Made by a program: the position numbers and the translations under genes
NCBI GenBank assembly: GCA_965223545.1
Contig: OZ245006.1
Span: 4,928,001 to 4,992,000, forward strand
Direction: 5' to 3'
Origin: Planctomycetota bacterium
GTDB taxonomy: Bacteria > Planctomycetota > UBA1135 > UBA2386
Length of the DNA stretch: 64,000 nt
Shown here: in pieces, positions 56,702 to 64,000 of the stretch
Position numbering within the stretch: the first letter of the stretch is position 1
Layout: each line of letters starts with the position of its first letter
Notes under the pieces: model-generated
Database searches by the model: none
What the model was told of the DNA's origin: nothing
The model's input: only the letters and a program-made list of their open reading frames with translations

Positions 56702-58255
56702 ATGCGAACGCTCCCGCTGCTGTTTCTCCTGTCGACCTCGGTCGCGGCGCAGGGTGTGCTGCCGCTGGCGGAGACCTATCACTTCGCCGGTCTCGAGCTC
56801 GACTTCGACGATGCCTGCGGTTGCAGCGCCGTACCGACGATCGTCGCGTCGGGTGGTTCGCTGACGCTCGCGCTCGACGGCAGCGCGGGCTTCTCGGTCA
56901 CCGACGAGGCGATTTGCCCAGGCGGGAGCGTGCAAGCCAGCAGCGACACCGGCAGCGGGACCTACGCGGTACGTGGAGACGGCGTGATCGCGTTCGATTG
57001 GAATGCGGCCAGCCCCGGAGTGGATCTCACGTCGGCGTTCCTGCGCGCCAACGGCTCCGCGTTCTTGGTAGGCCGCAACAGTGAGGAGGAGTCAGATGCC
57101 GCGATCGCCCTGGCGATTGCCCTTTCCAGCGGCCAGAGCAATGCGACGCTCACCGGTCGCTACCACCTGCTTCGCATGGTGAACCGCAACGGAGTCGCGG
57201 GGTTCTCGACCAGCGCCTGGATCGGCACGGCGACCTTCGACGGGGTGGGGGCCTACACCGAGGCCGGTACCCAGCACGATCTGAGCTTGGGAGGCGCGCC
57301 GGCGAGCAGTGCGGCCACGGGATCCGGCAGCTACGCGGTTGCCGCCGATGGTGTGGTCACCGCTGGCGCGGCGCGCGGTGTCGTCAGCGCCGACGGCGAG
57401 CTGTTCTTTTGGTCCAGTCGCGCCGGCCCGGACTACGAGTTCACGGTCGGTTTGCGGCAGGCCGGCGGGCGAACGACGGGGCAGCTGAACGGAACGTGGG
57501 GCATCGCGCAGCTGGATGCGGCGATCGCGGCCACGCGCACTCCTGCCGAAATGGAGACGGCCTGGGGGAGCTACCGCTTCGGCAACACCGGCGGGGGTAC
57601 CGCATCGTTGTTCGGCGACGTGCTCGACGTCGGCAGCTTGCCGCAGATCGGCGGTTGCCCCTTCACCTCGGGCAGTCAATACCAGTTTCAATCGTCGGTC
57701 GCCATCAACGGTGTCGGCCAGTTGTCGGCGTCTCCTGGCGCGACGCCGTTCGGCGCGGTGAGCGCCGACGGCAGCGTGCTGTTCACCCTGACGGTTCCGG
57801 GCGACGCGATCGGCATCGCGCTCGGCCTGTCGCGGTGCTCCTGGCCGGGGACGATCGGCGCCGGCACTGCTGGCACCGGGGCGGCGATCCCGAGCTTGTT
57901 CACCGTCGGTGGGTTTCCGTTTCTCGGCAATGCCGCGTTCGGCTACGTCGCTGCCGGGGGGCGGGGCGGCGGAGCCGCGGCACTGGTGTTGTCCACCGCG
58001 GCGCTCTCGTCGGGGCTGCCGCTCTTGGGAGGCACGCTCTGGATTGACCCGACGCGGTTGGTGGCGTCGTTCCCGCAGCTCCTGTCCGGCCCGCCCGGTG
58101 TCGGCGGGATCGGTGCGGCGGGTTGGTCCCTGCCGCTGCCGGTGGCGCGCAACGGCACCGCGCTGACGCTCGCGAGTCAGGTGATCGTGCTGGATCCGGC
58201 GGCGCCGGGCGGCGTCGCGATGTCGCCCGCCGTCGTCGCGCAGCCCTGTCGTTGA
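56702..58255 (+). CDS. Secreted protein with three internal beta-rich repeats and shared C-terminal domain
   Basis: Signal MRTLPLLFLLSTSVAAQ; repeats with GSG[TS]YAV..DG and VSADG; C-terminus SQVIVLDPAAPGGVAMSPA. Confidence 0.75.
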   Translation: MRTLPLLFLLSTSVAAQGVLPLAETYHFAGLELDFDDACGCSAVPTIVASGGSLTLALDGSAGFSVTDEAICPGGSVQASSDTGSGTYAVRGDGVIAFDWNAASPGVDLTSAFLRANGSAFLVGRNSEEESDAAIALAIALSSGQSNATLTGRYHLLRMVNRNGVAGFSTSAWIGTATFDGVGAYTEAGTQHDLSLGGAPASSAATGSGSYAVAADGVVTAGAARGVVSADGELFFWSSRAGPDYEFTVGLRQAGGRTTGQLNGTWGIAQLDAAIAATRTPAEMETAWGSYRFGNTGGGTASLFGDVLDVGSLPQIGGCPFTSGSQYQFQSSVAINGVGQLSASPGATPFGAVSADGSVLFTLTVPGDAIGIALGLSRCSWPGTIGAGTAGTGAAIPSLFTVGGFPFLGNAAFGYVAAGGRGGGAAALVLSTAALSSGLPLLGGTLWIDPTRLVASFPQLLSGPPGVGGIGAAGWSLPLPVARNGTALTLASQVIVLDPAAPGGVAMSPAVVAQPCR

Positions 58256-58259
58256 CCGC

Positions 58260-58325
58260 GACCCGCGGCGGCCGACCCGCGGCGGCCGACCCGCGGCGGC
58301 CGACCCGCGGCGGCCGACCCGCGGC
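58260..58325. repeat. Tandem repeat of 14-bp unit GACCCGCGGCGGCC, about 4.7 copies
   Basis: Perfect copies at 58260, 58274, 58288 and 58302, plus a partial copy at 58316. Confidence 0.95.
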
Positions 58326-58424
58326 CGGCTCCCCGGTTTGCGGCTTCCGCCTGGCGTGCTTGCGCCGGTCGCCTATCCTCGCCGCGCTCCTCCCCCCCGA
58401 CCCCACCGAAGACCGACCGCCGTG

Positions 58425-60089
58425 ATGATCCGACGCTGCAGTGCCGTTCTCGTTTCTCTCTCCGTTGTCGCCGGCCTCGCCGCCCAGCGCGGGGATGCCC
58501 CATCGACGGGGCAGCACTCCGAGCTGGGGCGCATGTGGCCGTTCGACAACGTCCCCGCCGCCGATTTCGAGGCCCGCTACGGCTTCGCGCCGTCGCAGGA
58601 GTGGCTCGACCACCTGCGGCTGTCGTCGGCGAAGTTCGGCGGCGGTTGCTCGTCGTCGTTCGTCAGTGGGCGCGGCCTGATCTTGACCAACCACCACTGC
58701 GCCCGGGGCAACATCGCCTCGGCTTCGCCCGAAGGTCAGGACTGGCTGCGCGACGGCTACATCGCAAGCTCCCTCGAGGCGGAGGTGCCGCTCGAAGGTC
58801 TCGAAGTGCGCCAAGTGGTCGGCATGCGCGACGTCACCGCTGAGATGAACGCCGGGCTGGAGGACGGTGATCAGCAGACCGTGCTGGCGCGCAACCGCGC
58901 CGCGATCTTGGCCGCCGCGCGCGAGACCGATGCCGACCACGAGCACGAGCTGGTGTCGCTCTACCAGGGCGGCGTGTATCACGTCTACTCGTACCGAGTG
59001 TTCGACGACATCCGCTTGGTGGCGACGCCGCAGATGCAGGCCGCCAAGTTCGGCGGTGACCCCGACAACTTCACCTTCCCGCGCTACTCACTGGACTTCA
59101 CGCTGGTCCGCGCCTGGGAAGACGGCAAGCCGGCCGACACGTCGGCCCACTACCTGAAGTTCAAGACTGCTGGCCCCGCCGAGGGCGAGGCGGTGTTCGT
59201 CTCCGGCAACCCGGGCTCGACCGGCCGGCTGGAGACCATCGCGCAGATGGAGTTCCGCCGCGACGTCGAGTATCCGGCGACGCTGGAGCGCATCCATGCC
59301 ATGCTCGACCGAATGCCGGAGGATGCGGGCGATGCGCGCGCGGTGGCGCAGCGGTTGTCGCTGGAGAACGCGCGCAAGGCGTACACCGGCTACCTGGACG
59401 GCCTGCGCAACGAGAACGTCATGCAGATCAAGCGCGATGCGGAAGCGGCGGTCCGCGCCGCTGTTGCCGCCAACCCGACCCTGCAGGAGAAGTACGGAGA
59501 CGCGTGGACCAATCTCGAGCAGATCTGCGCGCAGAAGGCCGAGGCGTTCGCCGCCGGGGGTGACGGTATGCGCGAGCTGCGGCAGCGCGAGGCGGTCGAG
59601 AGCAAGCGCATCGGCGAGGCGTTCTTCGCGGTCTACGGCACCGCGATCCCGCCGGATGCGACCCTGACGCTGCGCTTGTCCGACGGTGTCGTCAAGGGCT
59701 TCCCGATGAACGGCACCATCGCGCCGTGGTTCACCTCGACCTACGGGCTCTACGCCCGCCATACCGAGTTCGGCGGCGAGTCGCCGTTCGACCTGCCGAA
59801 GGAGTGGCTCGAGGCCCGCGACAAGCTGGACCTGACCACGCCGTTCAACTACGTCTCGACCTGCGACATCATCGGTGGCAACTCGGGCAGCCCGATCGTC
59901 GACAGGGAAGGCCATCTGGTCGGCCTGGTGTTCGACGGCAACATCGAGAGCCTGGGCAACCGCTTCGTCTACACCGACGAGGTGGCGCGCACCGTCGCCG
60001 TGCACCCGGCGATCATCGTCGAGTCGCTGCGCAAGGTGTACGACGCGGGCGCCATCGCCGACGAGCTCGAGGGCGTGGCCGGATTCTGA
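58425..60089 (+). CDS. S46 family dipeptidyl peptidase, DPP7-type S1 residue, shortened helical domain
   Basis: GCSSSFVS..GLILTNHHC, FGGDPDNFTFPR, DIIGGNSGSP, GLVFDGN; 554 aa. Confidence 0.9.
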   Translation: MIRRCSAVLVSLSVVAGLAAQRGDAPSTGQHSELGRMWPFDNVPAADFEARYGFAPSQEWLDHLRLSSAKFGGGCSSSFVSGRGLILTNHHCARGNIASASPEGQDWLRDGYIASSLEAEVPLEGLEVRQVVGMRDVTAEMNAGLEDGDQQTVLARNRAAILAAARETDADHEHELVSLYQGGVYHVYSYRVFDDIRLVATPQMQAAKFGGDPDNFTFPRYSLDFTLVRAWEDGKPADTSAHYLKFKTAGPAEGEAVFVSGNPGSTGRLETIAQMEFRRDVEYPATLERIHAMLDRMPEDAGDARAVAQRLSLENARKAYTGYLDGLRNENVMQIKRDAEAAVRAAVAANPTLQEKYGDAWTNLEQICAQKAEAFAAGGDGMRELRQREAVESKRIGEAFFAVYGTAIPPDATLTLRLSDGVVKGFPMNGTIAPWFTSTYGLYARHTEFGGESPFDLPKEWLEARDKLDLTTPFNYVSTCDIIGGNSGSPIVDREGHLVGLVFDGNIESLGNRFVYTDEVARTVAVHPAIIVESLRKVYDAGAIADELEGVAGF

Positions 60090-60160
60090 GTGGTCTTTTA
60101 GGTTGCAAACGGGCGGCCCGGACGCTCGCGTGATGGCTGGTTCTGTTACGGAGACCAGCG

Positions 60161-60427
60161 ATGACCATGCGACCCCTCTTGTCCGCCGCCCTCTGCGTTG
60201 CCTTGTTCGCCGCCTGCAAGGGAACCGAGGCGACGACGACGCAGCCGTCCGGCAGCACGTTCGTCAACACCATGTGCCCGATCGCCGCCGAGGCGGTCGA
60301 CCCCGACGTCGAGGGTGTCACCTTCAACGGCTACACCGTCGGCTTCTGCTGTGGGGGTTGTAAGGACGACTGGGACGAGTGGAGCGAGCAGAAGAAGGCC
60401 GACTTCGTCGCCGCGGCGATGCGCTGA
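60161..60427 (+). CDS. Small lipoprotein with YHS/TRASH-like Cys motif
   Basis: Lipobox FAAC; VNTMCPI...NGYTVGFCCGGCKDDW. Confidence 0.75.
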   Translation: MTMRPLLSAALCVALFAACKGTEATTTQPSGSTFVNTMCPIAAEAVDPDVEGVTFNGYTVGFCCGGCKDDWDEWSEQKKADFVAAAMR

Positions 60428-60441
60428 AGCGGCCGTTGACG

Positions 60442-61131
60442 GTGCGTGTCGGTGCGTTCGTCCGCCTCTCGGCCGTCCTGCTGTCGACGGGCGCGCTCGC
60501 CGCGGCCCCCCCGCAGGGCGGTGGCGTTTGGGGCGGCCTGCAACGAGCGGCTGCCCGGGCGGTGGACGGTGCCCGCAGCGCCAAGGACGCGATGGGCGCG
60601 GTCGCGGACCGGCTGGTCGAGCACACGGACCCGCGCGTCGTGGCCTACTTCGCGGCCAAGAAGAGCGCCGAGCTCGCCAGTGCGCACCGGCCCTGGCGTC
60701 GGCTGTCGGCGCCGTTGATGCGCCGCTTGGCGCCGCTCTTCCCGCGATTGGACCTGACGGCGGTTCGCTTTCGCGACGAGGCGCGCACGCCGGCCACCGG
60801 CTGGCGCCATGGCCATGCCAGCATGGCGTTCGGCAGCGAGCTGTACTTCGGTCCGGCGATGCCGCAGCTGGTCCTCGACCGCTTCGCGCGCGGGGAGGCG
60901 CGGGCCGGCGAGTCGCTGTTCCGTCTGCTCGTGCACGAGCTGGTGCACGCAGACCAGGTGCGGCGCACTGGCAGTGAGGCCGCGTTCGCCCGCTTGTACT
61001 TGGACGAGTGGGTGATCGGTGGTCTTCGCTACGAGGACAATCGTCTGGAGCGCGAGGCGTTCGCGGCGCAGCGCGGACCGTTGCCGCCGCCGATCGTCGC
61101 GCCCCGCCGCCGCTGGTGCCGCTGGGCCTGA
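60442..61131 (+). CDS. Secreted DUF4157-like HExxH metallopeptidase-domain protein
   Basis: LDLTAVRF, AFGSELYF, LLVHELVHADQ, NRLEREAF; signal-like N-terminus. Confidence 0.7.
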   Translation: MRVGAFVRLSAVLLSTGALAAAPPQGGGVWGGLQRAAARAVDGARSAKDAMGAVADRLVEHTDPRVVAYFAAKKSAELASAHRPWRRLSAPLMRRLAPLFPRLDLTAVRFRDEARTPATGWRHGHASMAFGSELYFGPAMPQLVLDRFARGEARAGESLFRLLVHELVHADQVRRTGSEAAFARLYLDEWVIGGLRYEDNRLEREAFAAQRGPLPPPIVAPRRRWCRWA

Positions 61132-61193
61132 CCGCACGGTCCTGCGTCACGCGCCGCGCGGAGAGCTGCCGGGCTTGGGAGCACCACCGTCGC

Positions 61194-63284
61194 TCACGGT
61201 TCGACGACTCGTCCTTCGCCGGCGGCGAGGCGGAGTCGGGTCGTGGCGAGCTCGCGACTGGACGTGAAGAGGCGCACGCTCCACCAGCCGGGAGCGACGG
61301 TCAGGCGCACCACGCCTGGCGCACCCGCGGCTCCCAGAGGATCGCTGTAGAGAACGCGGCCGTTCCGCGAGACCTCGAATGCGACGGCCTCATCGCCCGC
61401 GGAGTGGCGCAGCACGAGCGTCGCGCCTGGCTCGAGGCCGAGAGTGGTCGTCTGTTCCACGCCCGCAACGACGACGACCTCGCCGTGCGCGGCGCGGCCG
61501 GCGCGGTCGCTCGCGGTCAGGTCCCAGGTGCCGGCCACAAGCCCCGGGAAGCGAACGCGGCCGTCGAGCCGCGCGCGGGTCGCCACGGCCAGATCACCGC
61601 CGCGCTGCCGCGCGGTGATCCACGCGCGGGTGGGACGCCCGGCGGCGAGCGCGAGGATCTCGACCGTGCCGGCAATGGGGTGCAGGTGGAGCGTCACGTC
61701 GGTGTCGCCGGCCATCGCCTCGACCGGTGCCCTGGTGCCAAGCTCACTCTCGAGCTCCGCGTCGACCGACAGTGTGTACGCCTGCGGCAGCAACGGCTGC
61801 ACCGTGAAGCGCCCCGCCGCGTCGGTTCGGCCGATCACCGCGGCCCCGCGGCGCGGTGACGCGGTGATGACGATGCCTTCCAGTCGGACGTCGGTCGCCG
61901 CCCGTGGCGCGACCACGGAGCCGCGGATCGACAGGCCCGCCGTTGCCCGCAGAGTCACTGCAGTCTCCCGACCCGGCACGACCTCGGCAACGGTTGCGGT
62001 CGGTGTGATCCGCATGCCGCGCACGGCACCGAGTGACAGCTCGGGCGGCGCTACCCCGACCAGCCAGGAGCCGGCGGGAAGATCGGTGAACGCGAACTCT
62101 CCGTCGCTGTCGGACGTGGCGTCGTGGACGAATCCGCCCCGCAAACGCCACCACGGCATCGTCTCCGGTGGATCGTCGGCATCGGGACGCAGCGCGGCGA
62201 TGCGTGTCGCCGCGATCGGTTGATCACGCTGATCGACCAGCTTGCCGGTCAGGCTGCCCGACGCCAACATCGCGATGCGGCGTCGATTGTCGCCGGGCCT
62301 CAGCTCCCAGCGCTGCGTGGCGCATCGTTCGCCGCCATCGGAATCGCGCAGGCTGGCACGGAGCTCGATGCCGGATGGAAGCCCCTCGAGGCGCACGGTG
62401 TTGTCGGCGCCGACTTCGCGGGCGACCTCGCGCCTCAACGGTCCGCGCACGACTCCATCGGGGACCGTCACGGCGGTCGCGGCGTAGTCCAGGGCCAAAC
62501 GCAAGCCGGCCGCGCGCCCCCCGCCGTCGATCGCGACCTCCAGGCGCGCCGGCCGTCGCACGCACACGACGAGTTCGCGCTCGGGGGTCTCGTGTCCGCG
62601 CACCAGAGCGATGGTGAGCGGTGGGCCACCCTCGATGTGCGCTTCGGCCCAGCCGCCTTCCGGGTCGCCCTGCAGCTGGAAGCGTCCATCACCATCGGTC
62701 GCGATCGTTCCGGCAACGGCACAGCGGTGGGCGGTCAATGCAACTCCGGGCAGCGGAGTGCCGTCGTCGGCCCACAACAGGCGCGCCCAGAACGTGAGGG
62801 CACGGCGCGTGCGCAGGCCGATCGAGACCTCGGCGTGTTCACCGGCGACGACCGTGGCCCACCCCGACTCGGGTAGCAGGTCTTGCCCCGGCGGCGAAAC
62901 GTCGATGGGTTGCATGCCAGCGGTCAGCGAGAACGTCGCCGTACCGTCTGTGTCGGTCCGATGCTCATCGCCTAGGATCCGCACGGCCGCGCCCACGACG
63001 GGCAACGTCGTGCCATCGCGCACCACGCGCACGACGAGGGTTCCCCCTTGCGTTGTCGCTAGATCGGGCTCGCCGGAGGTCTGCGGGGCAGGCGGAGTCG
63101 CAGCGGTGTGCCGTCCCGTGTCGGGTGCGCTCACCTCACGAACCGCCGCCCCGCTCGGCGCGGCCACGCCGACCGCAGGTGGAGTGGTCTCCTCGTGGAC
63201 GGAGCGTGCCGTGATCGAGCAGTATGTCAGGGCCACGATGGTCGCCGCCACCAGGCCGATTGCGGGCAGCAGAACAATGCGCAC
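61194..63284 (-). CDS. Carboxypeptidase-regulatory-like repeat protein, membrane-anchored
   Basis: N-terminal TM; repeated TD.DG.F units, GKLVDQRDQP, LPAGSW. Confidence 0.78.
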   Translation of the reverse strand: MRIVLLPAIGLVAATIVALTYCSITARSVHEETTPPAVGVAAPSGAAVREVSAPDTGRHTAATPPAPQTSGEPDLATTQGGTLVVRVVRDGTTLPVVGAAVRILGDEHRTDTDGTATFSLTAGMQPIDVSPPGQDLLPESGWATVVAGEHAEVSIGLRTRRALTFWARLLWADDGTPLPGVALTAHRCAVAGTIATDGDGRFQLQGDPEGGWAEAHIEGGPPLTIALVRGHETPERELVVCVRRPARLEVAIDGGGRAAGLRLALDYAATAVTVPDGVVRGPLRREVAREVGADNTVRLEGLPSGIELRASLRDSDGGERCATQRWELRPGDNRRRIAMLASGSLTGKLVDQRDQPIAATRIAALRPDADDPPETMPWWRLRGGFVHDATSDSDGEFAFTDLPAGSWLVGVAPPELSLGAVRGMRITPTATVAEVVPGRETAVTLRATAGLSIRGSVVAPRAATDVRLEGIVITASPRRGAAVIGRTDAAGRFTVQPLLPQAYTLSVDAELESELGTRAPVEAMAGDTDVTLHLHPIAGTVEILALAAGRPTRAWITARQRGGDLAVATRARLDGRVRFPGLVAGTWDLTASDRAGRAAHGEVVVVAGVEQTTTLGLEPGATLVLRHSAGDEAVAFEVSRNGRVLYSDPLGAAGAPGVVRLTVAPGWWSVRLFTSSRELATTRLRLAAGEGRVVEP

Positions 63285-63574
63285 TCTCCTTGGAGCCGTG
63301 CAACCGCGGCAACGTCAGCTCGGAACTCGAGATATCTCCCGATCGTCTCGAGAGGGAGTGGCGCAGCATTGGCGAATCGTCGCCGGATCCGGCAATTGTT
63401 TCTGACCTCGGCCGTGGGCCTGGTCCCCGAACGAGGGCAGAGCCAAAAAAACCGAAGGCGCAGTAACGGAACCGCCGGCCCGGGTTTGTGCAGGGAAACC
63501 GAATCGAACCAGGAGCCCCGATGTCCTCGCTTTCGAGCCCCGTACTCGCTGCAGCACCCGCCAAGGCACAACTC

Positions 63575-64000
63575 ATGCGCCGATCCCAACGTCTTCCCAC
63601 CTCGTGCTGGCCGTTGGCGCTGGGCGCCAGCCTGATGTGCTTCGCCGAACGCGGAGCGGCACAGTGGCAACAGAACGGCAGCACCCTCTACACGACGACC
63701 AACAGGGTGGGTGTTGGTACGCCGTTTCCCCAGGGCCTTCTGCATGTCCAAGGCAAGCCGGTGCTCGTTTGGAACTCCGAGCCAGCCTCGATTCTTGCGA
63801 TCAACAGCCTCCAGAATGGGAAGGCGTACGCCGTACACGCATCGAACGAGAGCGGCGGCCCGAGAGGAGAATCCGCTGCTCTGTACGGCGAGACCAAGGC
63901 CAAGAACAACGGAGTTGGTGTCCTCGGAGTCGCCAGCGGAGCAGCATCCATTGGTATCCAAGGCCTCTCAAGGACGGGCGGAGGTTCCAACCCCAGCCTC
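63575..64000 (+). CDS. Secreted protein with tail-fibre-like VGVGT repeat, 3'-truncated by the window edge (absent from the ORF track)
   Basis: Manual translation MRRSQRLPTSCWPLALGASLMCFAERGAAQWQQNGSTLYTTTNRVGVGTPFPQGLLHVQG..ALYGET..GVLGVA; the frame is open to the end. Confidence 0.65.
   Translation, partial: MRRSQRLPTSCWPLALGASLMCFAERGAAQWQQNGSTLYTTTNRVGVGTPFPQGLLHVQGKPVLVWNSEPASILAINSLQNGKAYAVHASNESGGPRGESAALYGETKAKNNGVGVLGVASGAASIGIQGLSRTGGGSNPSL

Noticed and set aside
58260..58325. Possible CRISPR array
   Set aside because: The units are directly adjacent with no spacers, only 14 bp long, and there are no cas genes.
63440..63520. Possible ECF-type promoter (GGAACC...) upstream of the edge ORF
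   Set aside because: No convincing -10 element at the proper spacing; too weak to report.

Overview
High-GC (roughly 70% by eye) bacterial chromosomal window. Gene content (Ser/Thr kinase-TPR, HEAT-VWA, carboxypeptidase-regulatory repeat proteins, many secreted Kelch and ELWxxDGT proteins) suggests a Planctomycetota-type organism; this is inference. There are about 42 genes: housekeeping (carB, a transaldolase-family protein, aat), transporters (nucleoside MFS, sugar ABC ATPase and permease), a pirin-isochorismatase-MarR islet beside a decayed ISL3 element, and many secreted hydrolases (M4/M36-like, M43, two S46, trypsin-like, Amidase_3, GH113, GH172). The main unexplained signal is a shared ~110-135 aa domain (consensus roughly P-x-L-G ... 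P-x(3-4)-L-x-G-x(5)-Q-x(4)-DP ... G-x(3)-[ST]N[AG]). It occurs in eight secreted proteins of mostly unrelated families, C-terminal in five and internal in three, which suggests a lineage-specific sorting or surface-display module. Most predicted signal peptides appear to expose an N-terminal Gln. Other leads are a divergent DisA_N/DAC-like protein, a degenerate SNase-GH113 fusion, a coiled-coil protein with a RelE-like tail, a 6S-like structured RNA candidate, a zincin plus ATP-grasp pair, a TMTC-like glycosyltransferase and recurrent TANNNT boxes 6-11 nt before start codons. No rRNA, tRNA or CRISPR array was seen. All family calls come from motif recognition by eye, not database searches.
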